DNA of 64,000 bases from Anaeromyxobacter sp. Its GTDB lineage: Bacteria; Myxococcota; Myxococcia; Myxococcales; Anaeromyxobacteraceae. The notes beneath the pieces were generated by a model, which saw only the letters and a list, made by a program, of their open reading frames with translations, had not been told where the DNA came from and did no database searches. Within the stretch, counting starts at the first letter, position 1; the number at the start of each line of letters is the position of its first letter. Where the stretch lies: assembly GCA_049840735.1 (NCBI GenBank), contig JASGJN010000020.1, positions 192,001 to 256,000 of the forward strand, given 5' to 3'. Made by a program: the position numbers and the translations under genes. Shown here in pieces: positions 28,528 through 41,738 of the stretch.

Positions 28528-30771
28528 GTGGACATCCGGAGCCAGGCGGCGCTGCTCGCCGCCATCGTCACCCTGGCGCTCGCCGCCGCCGCCCTCCTGC
28601 GCGACAACCGGTCGCGCGTCTTCACCCTGTTCGCCCTCTTCTCGGCGGACGTCTTCCTCTTCTCCCTGGCCACCTTCTTCCTGCGCTGGATGGCGCCAGG
28701 TGAGGTCTGGTGGGAGCGGCTGGGCGTGGCCTCAGGCGCGCTGGTGCCCGCCGCCGCGCTGGCCTTCTTCCTCGAGTTCCTGGGCGTGGCCCGGCGGCCG
28801 GCGCGGCGCGCGCGCAACGGCATGCTGTTCGGCTCGCTCGGCGGCCTGCTGGTGGCGGTCACGCCGCTGGTGGAGCTCAAGGCGGCCAAGCTGCTGGTGG
28901 CGGCCTACGTGGTGGGCGGGCTGGTGGGTGTGCTGTCCGCGCTGTGGGCCAAGATGCACAGCTCGCAGACCCGGGTGGAGCGGGCGCGCCTGCAGTACCT
29001 GTGGCTGGGCGCGGTGGTGGCCGTCGGGCTCTCCACCCTCGACATGCTGCCGCGGCTGGGCGTGCCCTACCCGCTCGAGGGGCTCGGCTCCATCACCCTC
29101 ACCATCTTCATGTTCTTCCTCTCGCAGACGCTGCAGCGCCACCGGCTGCTCGAATCTGCACGAGTTCCTGGGGAAGATCGTGGTGGTCACCGCGCTGGGC
29201 CTGGTGCTGGTGGCCATCTACGGCGGCCTCGTGTCCTGGGTGGGCGACCGGCCGGAGCTCTTCTACTTCAACACCATCGTGGCCTCCTTCGTGATCCTCT
29301 CCCTCTTCGAGCCCATGCGCGAGAAGGTCGAGGAGTGGGTGGTGGCCACCCTCTTCCACGAGCGGTACGAGCTGGTGCGCCGGCTGGACCGGATCCAGGA
29401 GCGGACCGGGAACGTCATCGACCCGGCCGGGCTGGCCTCGGTGGTGCTGGACGGGCTGGTGGAGACGCGCCGGGTCACGCACTGCTCGCTCTGGCTGCTG
29501 GCGGAGGACCGCCCCGGCTACCAGCTGCTCGACTACCGCGGCCCGCCCCCGGCGCGCTTCCTCGAGCCGGCCTCGGCGCGGGCCCTGCTCTCCACCGGCG
29601 GCTCCGGCCAGAAGGCCATCCTGCTCGAGAACCTGGATCGCCGCGTGGCCGAGCTGCGGGCGCTCCTGCCGCCCGGGCCCTCGGAGGAGGAGAACCGCGG
29701 CGGCCGCGGCGCGCCGGCGGCCATCGCCGAGGAGCTGAAGCGGCTGGGCGACGCGCGCACCGTGATGACCTCGATGCGGGCCGGGATTGCCATGCCGCTG
29801 CTGGCCGGGGACCGCGTGGTGGGGTTCCTGGCCTGCTGGGACGAGCGGGTCCCGGAGGCCTTCGCCTCCGACGAGATTGCCGCGCTGCTGGGGGTGGGCG
29901 ACCGCTGCGCGCTGGTGATCGAGAACTCCAAGCTCTACCAGCAGATGAAGGAGCGCGACCGCCTGGCGGCGCTGGGCGGAGCATGTCGGCCGGCCTGGCC
30001 CACGAGATCCGCAACCCGCTGGCCGCCATCAAGGGGGCCATCCAGTACCTCGACCCGCGCAAGCTGCCGCCGGACGACCGCGAGTTCCTCGAGATCGTGA
30101 TCGAGGAGGTCAACCGGCTGAACGGCGTGGTCTCGCAGTTCCTCGACTACTCCCGGCCGGCCCGCGCCTCCATGGCGCCCACCGACGTGAACGACGTCCT
30201 GACCCGCACCTTCAAGCTGCTGCAGGCCCAGGTGCCGGCCAACGTGGCGGTGGACCTGGAGCTGGCGGACTGGCTGCCGCGGGTGCAGGCCGACGCCGAG
30301 CAGCTCAAGCAGGTGTTCCTTAACCTGGCCCTGAACGCCTTCCAGGCCATGCCCGGCGGCGGGCGCCTGGCGGTCTCGACCCACCTGGCCCGCGACGAGC
30401 TGGCCTTCTGGCGCGAGCGGACCCGGCGCACCGACGTGGTGGAGATCCGCTTCCACGACAGCGGTCCGGGCATCCCGGAGGAGGAGCGGGCCAGCATCTT
30501 CGTCCCCTTCTTCACCACCAAGGAGAAGGGCACCGGGCTGGGGCTGGCCATCTGTCAACGGATCGTGAAGGAGCACCAGGGGACCATCGGCGTCCGGTCC
30601 GAGCCAGGCCAGGGCGCGGAGTTCCTGCTGGCGCTGCCGGGCCTCCGCGAGGAGCGCCCCTCGGCCCCCCACCCCACCCCGGCCCCCGAGGACCGCGCCG
30701 CCGCCCGCGAGGCCCGCCGGGCCCGCGCCGAGGCGCGCCTCAAGAAGCGCAAGGGGAAGCGCCGGGCCTGA
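28528..30771 (+). CDS. Multi-TM GAF-containing sensor histidine kinase (compensating indels near 29152 and 29980)
   Basis: TM region, a GAF-like segment in an alternate frame (GIAMPLLAGDRVVGFL...ALVIENSKLY), AHEIRNPL, NLALNA, DSGPGI and FFTTKEKGTGLG. Confidence 0.88.
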   Translation: MDIRSQAALLAAIVTLALAAAALLRDNRSRVFTLFALFSADVFLFSLATFFLRWMAPGEVWWERLGVASGALVPAAALAFFLEFLGVARRPARRARNGMLFGSLGGLLVAVTPLVELKAAKLLVAAYVVGGLVGVLSALWAKMHSSQTRVERARLQYLWLGAVVAVGLSTLDMLPRLGVPYPLEGLGSITLTIFMFFLSQTLQRHRLLESARVPGEDRGGHRAGPGAGGHLRRPRVLGGRPAGALLLQHHRGLLRDPLPLRAHAREGRGVGGGHPLPRAVRAGAPAGPDPGADRERHRPGRAGLGGAGRAGGDAPGHALLALAAGGGPPRLPAARLPRPAPGALPRAGLGAGPALHRRLRPEGHPAREPGSPRGRAAGAPAARALGGGEPRRPRRAGGHRRGAEAAGRRAHRDDLDAGRDCHAAAGRGPRGGVPGLLGRAGPGGLRLRRDCRAAGGGRPLRAGDRELQALPADEGARPPGGAGRSMSAGLAHEIRNPLAAIKGAIQYLDPRKLPPDDREFLEIVIEEVNRLNGVVSQFLDYSRPARASMAPTDVNDVLTRTFKLLQAQVPANVAVDLELADWLPRVQADAEQLKQVFLNLALNAFQAMPGGGRLAVSTHLARDELAFWRERTRRTDVVEIRFHDSGPGIPEEERASIFVPFFTTKEKGTGLGLAICQRIVKEHQGTIGVRSEPGQGAEFLLALPGLREERPSAPHPTPAPEDRAAAREARRARAEARLKKRKGKRRA

Positions 30772-30810
30772 TGCGGTGCGGCCTGGACCGTGCTAATCAC
30801 CGGATGATCC

Positions 30811-32225
<1,415 letters not shown>

Positions 32226-32226
<1 letters not shown>

Positions 32227-32396
32227 GGCGGCCGGCGGCCGTTCCTTGGAGGGAACCCCGATCCACTATCGCCGGCGATAGCTCGAGTGGGGCGCGCGCA
32301 GGTCGGGGTTGACCAACCGTGATCGAGGCAGGTCGTAGCCCGGTCCGTTTCGAGCGGCGCCCTCCCATGACGCACGTCACGGTCGACCGGCCGCTC
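32226..32396. other. Structured ~170-nt intergenic element (candidate ncRNA or repeat element)
   Basis: Nested complementary segments GCGGCCGG/CCGGCCGC, GGAGGG/CCCTCC, AACCCCGA/TCGGGGTT and CCACT/AGTGG, plus the 16-bp palindrome CTATCGCCGGCGATAG. Confidence 0.4.
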
Positions 32397-32411
32397 GCAC
32401 CCCCGAGCCCA

Positions 32412-33272
32412 TCACTCCCCCCGCTTCACCTTCTCCAGCAGGTCATACACGTCCGACCGCTTGAGCCCGCGCGCCTTCGCGACGTCGCGCGCCAGCGCCG
32501 AGGGCGCTTCGCCGGCGGCCAGGCGGCGGCGCAGCTCGTCCTCCAGCGGCTCGGCGGGCGCGGCGCCCGAGGCCGCCGCCGGCGCCTCCTCCCCGGGCGC
32601 GGGCGGGCCGACCACCAGCGTGATCTCGCCCTTCACCTCGTGCCCCTCGAGCCGCGCGGCCAGCTCGGAGAGCCGCCCGCGCAGCAGCTCCTCGTGCAGC
32701 TTGGTCAGCTCGCGCGCCACCAGCGCGGTCCGGTCGCCCAGCGCCTCGGCCAGGTCGCGCAGCGTCTCGGCGGTGCGGTTGCCGGCCTCGTAGAGCACCG
32801 CGGTGGTGCCGGCCCGGGCCAGCCAGGCCAGCGCCTCGGCGCGGCCGCCGCCCTTGCGCGGCAGGAAGCCGGCGAAGACGAAGCGGTCGGCGGCGAAGCC
32901 GGAGGCGGCCAGCGCGGTCACGGCGGCGCTGGGGCCGGAGATGGAGACCACGGTGGCGCCGATCTCCCAGGCGCCCGCCACCAGCGCGGCCCCGGGGTCG
33001 GAGACGCCGGGGGTGCCGGCGTCGGTGCAGAGCGCCACGGCCTGGCCCTCGCGCAGCCGGTCCAGCACCCCCTCCACCCGGCCCCGCTCGTCGAAGGCCG
33101 GCAGCGAGAGCAGCGCCGGCGCGGGCACGGCCAGGTGGGCGTAGAGCCGGAGCGTGCGGCGGGTGTCCTCCGCCGCCACCGCGGCCACGGTGCGCAGCAC
33201 CTCGGCGGCCCGCGGCGAGAGGTCGCCCAGGTTGCCGATGGGCGTGGCCACCACGTAGAGCGTGCCGCTCAC
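32412..33272 (-). CDS. rsmI: 16S rRNA C1402 2'-O-methyltransferase
   Basis: LYVVATPIGNLGD, AEDTR, DAGTPGVSDPG and ARELTKLHEE. Confidence 0.96.
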   Translation of the reverse strand: MSGTLYVVATPIGNLGDLSPRAAEVLRTVAAVAAEDTRRTLRLYAHLAVPAPALLSLPAFDERGRVEGVLDRLREGQAVALCTDAGTPGVSDPGAALVAGAWEIGATVVSISGPSAAVTALAASGFAADRFVFAGFLPRKGGGRAEALAWLARAGTTAVLYEAGNRTAETLRDLAEALGDRTALVARELTKLHEELLRGRLSELAARLEGHEVKGEITLVVGPPAPGEEAPAAASGAAPAEPLEDELRRRLAAGEAPSALARDVAKARGLKRSDVYDLLEKVKRGE

Positions 33273-33691
33273 CAGATGCTCCGCTGGCCGTCGGCGGTGA
33301 ACGCCGCGGGGAAGTGCTCCAGGGCCGGCTCGCCCTCGCCGAAGGTGATGGCCACCACGTCGAAGCGGATGGGCCGGTCCAGGCCGCCGTTGCGGAGCGC
33401 CCAGTCGGTGGCGGCGGAGACCACCCGGCGGGCCTTCCGGACCCCCACCGTCTCCTCCGGCCCGCCCCGGTCGGTCGAGCTGCGGCTGCGCACCTCCACG
33501 AACACCAGCTCCTCCCGCTCCTGGCAGACCAGGTCCACCTCGCCTCCGCGGCTCCGGTGGTTGCGCGCCAGCACCGTGAGCCCGCGCGCCTCCAGGAACC
33601 CCGACGCCAGCCGCTCGGCCTCGCGCCCGCGCTCGCCGCGCCGGTCCGGCCGCTCCGGCCTCCCCTGGCCCCCCGGGTCCTTCGCGCCCAT
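33269..33691 (-). CDS. yraN: YraN family nuclease-like protein
   Basis: GREAE.LA..FL...G, RN.R..GGEVDLV, LVFVEVRSR and RFDVVAI. Confidence 0.92.
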   Translation of the reverse strand: MGAKDPGGQGRPERPDRRGERGREAERLASGFLEARGLTVLARNHRSRGGEVDLVCQEREELVFVEVRSRSSTDRGGPEETVGVRKARRVVSAATDWALRNGGLDRPIRFDVVAITFGEGEPALEHFPAAFTADGQRSIW

Positions 33692-33699
33692 GGCCGGCC

Positions 33700-35567
33700 T
33701 CAGGCGCTGTGGTCCGCCGCCTCGCGGAAGGCGGCGTCGCTGGTGCCGTGGACCACCTGGCCGTTGCGCGCCAGCTGCTTGATGATCCGGGCGGCGAAGC
33801 GGCGGGACCCGTCGGAGAGGCCGCCGAAGGCGTCCTCGATCAGCGCCACGCGGCGCGCCCCCTGCAGCGCGTGCTCCATGAAGGCCAGCTTGAGCGCCAC
33901 GTAGACCAGGTCGCGGTCGGCCGGCGGCAGGGTCATGGCCGGGGTGGTCCGTCCCCCCTGGACGGCGTGGATGCCGCCGCGGTCGTCCACCTGGATGGCG
34001 TTGAAGCGCTGGAAGGAGAGGCCGGCGATGGCCTGGGAGGCCTTCTGCGCCACGGTCCGGGCGGCGCCGGAGGGGCTGCCGCCCAGCGCCGCCGCTGCCT
34101 TGTCCAGGAGCCCGCGCAGCGGCTCCACCGCCGGGCCGGCCGGGCGGGCCGGCGCAGGGGCGGAGGCGGGCGCGGCCGGGGCCGGCGGCGCGGCCGCCTC
34201 GGACTCCAGCCGCTGGATCTCCGCCTCGATGGACCGCACGTCGCGCACGAAGCCGCCGGCCTCGCCAGCCAGCTTGGCCTCGATGGCCTTCACCTGCGCG
34301 TCCAGCTCGGCGCGCTGCGCGCGGGCCCCGGCCGCCTCCGGGTTGGCCTCCCACTCCCCCACCCGGCGGCGCCAGTCGGCCACCACCTGGTCGGCGTCCT
34401 CCACCCGGCCCAGCGCCTCCAGCAGGTCGGCCGGCTTGGTGACGTTGCAGGCCTGCATCGCCCGCTTCACCTCGCCCGAGTCCCGCTCGTACTGCGCGTC
34501 GATCTTGGCCTGCCAGTCGTCGATGACGCGGCGCTTGCGGCCGGTCCGCTCCCAGCGCTCCAGCGCCCCTACCCAGCGCAGCGCGGCCAGCGCGCCCCAG
34601 CCCAGCCCGAAGACGTCCAGCAGCATGACATAGCGCAGCGCCGAGTCCATGGCGGCGCCGATCACGCCCACCGTCACCAGCGCCGCGGCCGCGCCCACGC
34701 CCACCCAGAGCTGCGGCTCGTTCCACAGCGGCCCGGGCGCGCCGGCCGCCTCGATCTCGTCCAGCGCCTCGCGCTCGGCGGTCACGCGGGCCAGCGCCTC
34801 CTCCCTCCGGCCGGTGGCCCGCTGGAAGGCGGCCAGGCGCGCCGCCGGGTCGCCCAGGGTCGCAGCGGCCTGCGCCAGCGGCTCCAGCTCCCCGCGCGCC
34901 TCCTCGGCGCGGCGCAGCCCGTCCTTGAGCTCGGTGCCGACCCGCAGCACCTCGTCCAGCTTGAAGGTGCGGGACTGCAGCTCGTCCAGGTCGGCCTGGA
35001 GCTTCTCGGCCACGCGCGCCCTGCGCAGCTCGTCCTGCAGCTGCGCCAGCCGCTTCTTGAGCTGCTCCGGCGAGAGCGCGGTGCGCGGCGGGGGCGCCAG
35101 CGCGGCCGCGGCCCCGGCGCCGCCCAGGCCGCCGCCCCCTGCCCTGGAGGGCAGGTCGGCGGCGGAGAGGGTCAGCAGCGCGCCCATGCGGTCCAGCGGC
35201 GGCACGCCCGGCGCCTGGCGCAGGAAGGCGGCGATCTCCTTCAGGTCCTGCGAGACCAGGGCGAAGGCGCGCTTCTCTGCGTCGAAGCGGTGGAGCTGGG
35301 CCCCGGCCGCGAAGTCCCGCACCAGCCGGTAGGTGACCTTGTCGTCGCCGACCAGGGTGAGCCCGGCGCGCGGCGCCCCCCCGCCCGGCGCCTGCGGGCG
35401 CGGCAGCGACTCGGCGTCGTGGGGATCGGGACAGAGCAGCGCCTCGAGCAGCCGGCGCAGCACGGCCCCTTCGGCCGCGACCACGTTGTAGCCCGGACGC
35501 AGCACCACCCGCCCGCTGGGGGGGAGACGCCTCGGATGCCCTGGGCTGCGAACTCGAGGAGGATCAC
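33700..35567 (-). CDS. SMC/Rad50-like coiled-coil protein with degenerate ATPase motifs (apparent frameshift near 35520)
   Basis: The start VILLEFAAQGIRG is in a different frame from RVVLRPGYNV. Long coiled coils with two central TM-like segments. C-terminal LPPADRDLVYVALKL and ALIEDAF resemble the ABC signature and Walker B. Confidence 0.7.
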
Positions 35568-35713
35568 GCTCGACCCGGATCTTACGCCGGGTGCACGGGC
35601 CCCGGGAAGAGCGAAGCGTGGACGTGCAGACGCACACACGCCGCGACCACCCGCTGGGCGGGTGGCGCGGCGCGCGGTGGGACGGGCCCGGCGCGAGGCC
35701 GGGCGCCAGGCGG

Positions 35714-36094
35714 CTAGGCCTGGGCGGGCGCCTCGGCGACCCCGCCCTCCGCCTGGTGGAGGCGGGCGGCCTTGCCCTGCAGATCGCGCAGGTAGTACAG
35801 GCGCGAGCGGCGGACCTCGCCGTGGCCCAGCACCTCGATCTTGTCGATGCGCGGGCTGTGGACGGGGAACATGCGCTCCACGCCGACGCCGTAGCTCACC
35901 TTGCGGACCGTGAACATGGAGGAGCCCGGCTGGCCCTTCCGGTACGCGATGACCACGCCCTCGAAGATCTGGATGCGCTCCTTGTCGCCCTCCTTGATCT
36001 TCGTGTGGACGCGGACGGAGTCACCCGCCCGGATCTCGGGGATGTCCTTGCGGACGTACTTGGCCTGGATGTCGGCGATCGCCTTGCGCAGCAT
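35714..36094 (-). CDS. rplS: 50S ribosomal protein L19
   Basis: [32 protein letters not shown] and LYYLR. Confidence 0.97.
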   Translation of the reverse strand: MLRKAIADIQAKYVRKDIPEIRAGDSVRVHTKIKEGDKERIQIFEGVVIAYRKGQPGSSMFTVRKVSYGVGVERMFPVHSPRIDKIEVLGHGEVRRSRLYYLRDLQGKAARLHQAEGGVAEAPAQA

Positions 36095-36108
36095 GACGTA
36101 CCTCTCCT

Positions 36109-36858
36109 TTACAGCTCGTCGTCTCCGGCGTCGATGAGCCGGAGGTCGGTCTCCGTGAGGTGGAGCCTCGCGAAGAGGTCCGGCCTCCGCTCGCGGGTGG
36201 CGCGCAGCGACTCGCGGCGGCGCCACCGCCCGATGCGCCGGTGGTCCCCGGACAGCAGGACCTCCGGAACCTTCTCCCCCCGGAACTCCGGGGGCCTCGT
36301 GTAGTGCGGGTGCTCGAGGAGCTGCTCCTCCCCTTCACCCGCGAAGCTCTCCGCGACGGCGGACGCGTCATTCCCGAGCACGCCCGGGACGAGCCGCGCG
36401 GCGGCGTCGACGACGCAGAGCGCCGCCAGCTCACCGCCGGTGAGGACGAAGTCGCCGATGGACACTTCCATGTCGATCGCGTTCATCACCCGCTCGTCCA
36501 CGCCCTCGTAGCGGCCGCACACCAGGATCAGCCGTCCGTGTCCTGCGAGCCGCCGGGCCACCGCCTGCGTCAGGCGCTGTCCGCGCGGGCTGGTCAGCAC
36601 CACCAGCGCCCCGGGGAGCCTCTCACGGGCGGCCTCGATGGCCCCGGTGAGCGGCTCCGGCTTCATCACCATCCCGGCGCCCCCTCCGTAGGGAGCGTCG
36701 TCGGCGACCCGGTGCTTTCCGGCGGCGTGATCGCGGATGTCGGTCACCCGCGCCTCGAGCAGACCGGCCTCCTGCGCCCTCCCCAGGATGCTCTCCCCCA
36801 GGTACCCCGTGCACATGCGCGGGAACAGCGTCAGGATGTCGACCTCGAGCCTCGCCAC
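36109..36858 (-). CDS. trmD: tRNA (guanine37-N1)-methyltransferase
   Basis: [22 protein letters not shown] and [11 protein letters not shown]. Confidence 0.97.
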   Translation of the reverse strand: MARLEVDILTLFPRMCTGYLGESILGRAQEAGLLEARVTDIRDHAAGKHRVADDAPYGGGAGMVMKPEPLTGAIEAARERLPGALVVLTSPRGQRLTQAVARRLAGHGRLILVCGRYEGVDERVMNAIDMEVSIGDFVLTGGELAALCVVDAAARLVPGVLGNDASAVAESFAGEGEEQLLEHPHYTRPPEFRGEKVPEVLLSGDHRRIGRWRRRESLRATRERRPDLFARLHLTETDLRLIDAGDDEL

Positions 36859-36893
36859 GTCCGTCCTCTCCTGCGGCCTCCTTCCGTCGCCTT

Positions 36894-37421
36894 TCAACGG
36901 CCGCGGTCCGCGGCCTCCTCGTCTTCCAGCAGGCCCTCGGGCGGATCCACCACGATCCGGCCGCCGGCCCTGTCCACCTCGACGTACGGCGCCAGCGGCA
37001 CCAGCCGCTCGCCCCGCTCGCCGGTCACGACGAGCACGTCCACCGCGCCCGTCTCCAGCAACCCGGTCACCTTGCCGACCGGCTCACCCGAGACCGTCAC
37101 CACCGGCAGGCCCTCCAGATCCGCCCACCAGTGCCGGTCCTCGCCGGCCTCACCCAGCGCCTCGCGGGGCGCCAGGACCTCGACCCCCACCAGCCGCTCC
37201 GCCGCGGTCCGATCCGCGACGCCCTCGACCAGCACCGCCCAGAGGCGCCCCTGCGGCCGCGCCTCCAGCACCTCGCGCAGCGGCGGCTCACCGCCGCCGG
37301 GCTCGCCGCGGGAGAGCGCGATCCGCTCCAGCCCCGCCAGCGCGCCCTCCGTGCCGGCCACGCCCAGGTGGCCCTTGAGCCCGATGGCCCGGACCACCTT
37401 GCCGATCACGACCAGCGCCAC
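36894..37421 (-). CDS. rimM: Ribosome maturation factor RimM
   Basis: [17 protein letters not shown] and TGAVDVLVV, in the expected synteny. Confidence 0.93.
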   Translation of the reverse strand: MALVVIGKVVRAIGLKGHLGVAGTEGALAGLERIALSRGEPGGGEPPLREVLEARPQGRLWAVLVEGVADRTAAERLVGVEVLAPREALGEAGEDRHWWADLEGLPVVTVSGEPVGKVTGLLETGAVDVLVVTGERGERLVPLAPYVEVDRAGGRIVVDPPEGLLEDEEAADRGR

Positions 37422-37422
37422 G

Positions 37423-37653
37423 TCAGTCCAGGATGTCGAGGACCGCCCGCTTGCCCTCGCGGCGGGCCGCGAAGTCGAGGACGGTCCGGAACGCCTTGGC
37501 GGTCTTCCCGCCGCGGCCGATGACGCGGCCCAGGTCGTCCGGCGCCACCGAGAGCTCGAGCACCGTCGAGCGTTCCCGCTCGATGGTCTCGACCTTCACG
37601 GCGTCCCGCTGCTCGACGAGCTCGCGGGCCAGCCAGAGGACCAGGTCGCGCAC
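37423..37653 (-). CDS. khpA: KH-domain RNA-binding protein
   Basis: DLGRVIGRGGKTA, located between rpsP and rimM. Confidence 0.92.
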   Translation of the reverse strand: MRDLVLWLARELVEQRDAVKVETIERERSTVLELSVAPDDLGRVIGRGGKTAKAFRTVLDFAARREGKRAVLDILD

Positions 37654-37657
37654 GGAC

Positions 37658-37924
37658 CTAGGCCTTCTCGGCGACCGGCTTGGCGGCCTTGGCGGCGCGC
37701 TTCAGCAGCATGGCCACCGTCTGGCTGGGGCGAGCGCCGACCTTGATCCAGTGCTCGATGCGCTCGGCCTTGAGCTCGATCCGCTCCGGGCGCTGCGTGG
37801 GATTGTAGATGCCCACGTCCTCGATGTACTTGCCGTCCCGCGCGTTGCGCGAGTCGGTCGCCACCACGTGGTAGAAGGGCGCCTTGTGCGTGCCCGCGCG
37901 GGAGAGCCGAAGAACGACCGCCAT
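37658..37924 (-). CDS. rpsP: 30S ribosomal protein S16
   Basis: MAVVLRLSRAG..PFYHVV..RDGKYIE. Confidence 0.97.
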   Translation of the reverse strand: MAVVLRLSRAGTHKAPFYHVVATDSRNARDGKYIEDVGIYNPTQRPERIELKAERIEHWIKVGARPSQTVAMLLKRAAKAAKPVAEKA

Positions 37925-38010
37925 GTGTACCGCCTCCTGAGATGCTGACTGCTGCATCGTGGGAGGAGCCGCGGGACGGGCCCGGGGGCTGCTCGCACGA
38001 AAAGTGGGTT

Positions 38011-38039
38011 CCCTTACGCCAACTTAGCCGATCTGTCAA
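38011..38039 (-). promoter_or_regulatory. Sigma70-type promoter of the rpsP operon
   Basis: TTGACA-N17-TAAGGG on the minus strand, about 90 bp upstream of rpsP. Confidence 0.6.
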
Positions 38040-38098
38040 GGCAGCACGGGCCGCGCGCGGCTTTCCGCGGGCGGCCCGTGCAGGGGCGCTGCGGCCCC

Positions 38099-38548
38099 TT
38101 ACCCCTCGGCGGCCTTCTTGGCGGGCTTCTCGGCCTTGGCCTTCTTCGGGGCCTTGGCCTTCTTCTCGTCGCCCTCGGCCGCGGCCGGCGCCGCCTTGTC
38201 GACCAGTTCGATCACCGACATCTCGGCGTTGTCGCCGGCGCGGGGCCCGACCCGGATGATGCGGGTGTAGCCGCCCGGCCGCGACTTGAAGCGCTCGGCC
38301 AGCTCTCCGAAGAGCTTGTTGAGCACCTCGACGTCGCGGACCTGGACGTGCGCCTGGCGGCGCGCGTGCGCGGTCCCGCGCTTGGCGAGGGTGATGACCT
38401 TGTCGGCGAAGCGCTTCAGCTCCTTCGCCTTGGGCGTGGTGGTGACGATCTTCTCGTGGCGGAAGAGGCTGGTCACCATGTTCTTGAACATGGCCGTGCG
38501 GTGCTCGGTGGTGCGATCGAGCCGGCGGCCGACGACGCGGTGCTTCAT
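38099..38548 (-). CDS. rplQ: 50S ribosomal protein L17
   Basis: [17 protein letters not shown] and RPGGYTRI. Confidence 0.97.
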   Translation of the reverse strand: MKHRVVGRRLDRTTEHRTAMFKNMVTSLFRHEKIVTTTPKAKELKRFADKVITLAKRGTAHARRQAHVQVRDVEVLNKLFGELAERFKSRPGGYTRIIRVGPRAGDNAEMSVIELVDKAAPAAAEGDEKKAKAPKKAKAEKPAKKAAEG

Positions 38549-38581
38549 CTCGTGATTCCCGTCCCGTTGCCGGGCGCTTGC

Positions 38582-39601
<1,020 letters not shown>

Positions 39602-39796
39602 GGGCTGTCTCCTTGACCGCCGTCCCCTCCCCCGGTCCGCTCAGCCTGGCGGCAGGAGATCCGTGGGACGCGCGACCGCTCGTGAAAGACGGGCCGGCCC
39701 TCATGACCGGCCCGTCGAAGGACCCTCGGGCGCGCCCATCCAGGCGCGACCCCCGACCCGGCGGCGCGCCGCGAGGCGCGCGCCAGGGCGGTGAGG

Positions 39797-40423
39797 CTAC
39801 TTGGAGTAGAGCTCGACGATGAGCTGCTCCTGGATCGGCATGGTGATGTCCTCGCGGGCCGGCTGCGTCTTCACCGTGCCCTTGAAGCCACCCTTGTCCA
39901 GCTCGAGCCAGGTCGGGACGCCGCGGCGGTCCACCGCCTCCAGCGCCTCGCTGATCCGGACCACCTTCTTCGAGCGGTCCTTGAGCTCCACCTTGTCGCC
40001 CGGGCGGCAGAGGTAGCTCGGGATGTTCACCTTGCGGCCGTTCACCTTGAAGTGGCCGTGGCGGACCAGCTGCCGGGCCTCGTTCCGGGTGTCGGCGAAG
40101 CCCAGGCGGAAGATGACGTTGTCGAGCCGGAGCTCGAGCGTCTGCAGCAGGTTCTCGCCGGTCTTGCCCTTGGCGGCCGCCGCGTTCTGGTAGGCGTGGC
40201 GGAAGCCCGCCTCGAGCACGCCGTACATCCGCTTCACCTTCTGCTTCTCGCGGAGCTGGACGCCGTACTCGGAGAACTTGGTCCGGCCCTGGCCGTGCTG
40301 GCCCGGGGGATAGGGGCGGCGCTCGATGGCGCACTTGTCGGTGTAGCACCGATCGCCCTTGAGATACATCTTGAGGTTTTCCCGGCGGCAAAGCCGGCAG
40401 ACGCTTTCGCTGTAACGGGCCAC
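39797..40423 (-). CDS. rpsD: 30S ribosomal protein S4 (Zn-binding type)
   Basis: CRLCRRE, PPGQHG, QLREKQK and LELRLDN. Confidence 0.98.
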   Translation of the reverse strand: MARYSESVCRLCRRENLKMYLKGDRCYTDKCAIERRPYPPGQHGQGRTKFSEYGVQLREKQKVKRMYGVLEAGFRHAYQNAAAAKGKTGENLLQTLELRLDNVIFRLGFADTRNEARQLVRHGHFKVNGRKVNIPSYLCRPGDKVELKDRSKKVVRISEALEAVDRRGVPTWLELDKGGFKGTVKTQPAREDITMPIQEQLIVELYSK

Positions 40424-40445
40424 GTCGTGTTCTCCTGGGAGGTGA

Positions 40446-40937
40446 TCAGACCCGGCGACGCTTGGGAGGCCGGCACCCGTTGTGCGGGATCGGCGTCACG
40501 TCGCGGATCAGGGTGATCTTGAGGCCGGCGGCAGAGAGGGCGCGGAGCGCCGACTCGCGGCCGGCGCCGGGGCCGGACACGACCACGGAGACGGTCTTGA
40601 GGCCGTGCTCCATCGCCTTGGCAGCCGCGTCGCCCGCAGCCACCTGGGCGGCGAACGGCGTCGACTTGCGCGAGCCCTTGAAGCCGCGGGCACCCGCGCT
40701 CGACCACGCGATCACGTTGCCGGTCGGGTCGGTGATCGTGATCTGCGTGTTGTTGAAGGTCGAGGCGATGTGGACGATGCCGGCGGAGATGTTCTTCTTC
40801 ACCCGCTTCTTCCCCTTCTTCGGGGTCACGGGGGAAGCCGTCACCGGCTCGATGCCGCCGAGGTTCGGCGCCGCGGGCGCGGTCGCCTCCTCCTTCTTCG
40901 GCTGCTCAGCTGCCTTCGTCTGCTTCTCGTCGGCCAC
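40446..40937 (-). CDS. rpsK: 30S ribosomal protein S11 with N-terminal extension
   Basis: [20 protein letters not shown] and [13 protein letters not shown]. Confidence 0.98.
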   Translation of the reverse strand: MADEKQTKAAEQPKKEEATAPAAPNLGGIEPVTASPVTPKKGKKRVKKNISAGIVHIASTFNNTQITITDPTGNVIAWSSAGARGFKGSRKSTPFAAQVAAGDAAAKAMEHGLKTVSVVVSGPGAGRESALRALSAAGLKITLIRDVTPIPHNGCRPPKRRRV

Positions 40938-40969
40938 TTAGGACTCTCCGGTTCTCTGGAATGGTTCGG

Positions 40970-41359
40970 TTACTTGGGCGCGGGGGCCGCGGTCGGCGCC
41001 TTGCGGACCAGCCCCTTCTTCGGACCCTTCCGCGTGCGCGCGTTGGTGTGCGTGCGCTGACCGCGGACCGGGAGGCCCTTGCGGTGGCGGAGGCCGCGGT
41101 AGCAGCCCAGGTCCATCAGCCGCTTGATGTTGAGCGAGATCTCACGGCGGAGGTCACCCTCCACCTTGACGTTCTGCTCGATGGTCTCGCGGATGCGGCG
41201 GACCTCGTCGTCGGTCAGATCCTTGGTGCGGGTGACCGGGTTCACGTTCGCGCGCTCGAGGATGAGCCCCGCGGTGGTCTTCCCGATACCGTAGATGTAC
41301 TGCAGGCTGACCTCGATCCGCTTTTCGCGGGGCAGGTCGACGCCGGCGATGCGAGCCAT
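40970..41359 (-). CDS. rpsM: 30S ribosomal protein S13
   Basis: [10 protein letters not shown] and [18 protein letters not shown]. Confidence 0.98.
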   Translation of the reverse strand: MARIAGVDLPREKRIEVSLQYIYGIGKTTAGLILERANVNPVTRTKDLTDDEVRRIRETIEQNVKVEGDLRREISLNIKRLMDLGCYRGLRHRKGLPVRGQRTHTNARTRKGPKKGLVRKAPTAAPAPK

Positions 41360-41383
41360 TCGTCTCTCCGATTCGCGCGGGCG

Positions 41384-41500
41384 TTAGCCCTGACGCTGCT
41401 TGTGACGGGGGTTGGCCGGGCAGATGATCCGCACGGTGCCCTTGCGCTTGACGACCTTGCACTTGTCGCAAATCTTCTTGACCGACGCGCGGACCTTCAT
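41384..41500 (-). CDS. rpmJ: 50S ribosomal protein L36
   Basis: Manual translation [38 protein letters not shown]. Too short for the ORF track. Confidence 0.97.
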   Translation of the reverse strand: MKVRASVKKICDKCKVVKRKGTVRIICPANPRHKQRQG

Positions 41501-41661
41501 GTGCGAGGCCTCCATGCCTCTGTACGTAAGACAAAAACGCCCGCCGCTACGGCCGGCGGGTGCGGCGGCCGGGGGCTCTCCGCGCCCCCTCGTCTAGCCG
41601 CCCGTATTCTCCGGGCTTTCCCGGAAGGCCGCCCTGGCTGGAGCGGCGTTGCGGAGCGGGC

Positions 41662-41690
41662 CCTATAACACAGGCCTTTTTTGGCTGCAA
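41662..41690 (-). promoter_or_regulatory. Sigma70-type promoter of the rpmJ/alpha operon
   Basis: TTGCAG-N17-TATAGG with a TG just upstream of the -10, on the minus strand between map and rpmJ. Confidence 0.6.
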
Positions 41691-41738
41691 GCGCCGCCGT
41701 CACGCGCCCGTGACCGGCAGCCCGTCTCCTCGTCCCCC

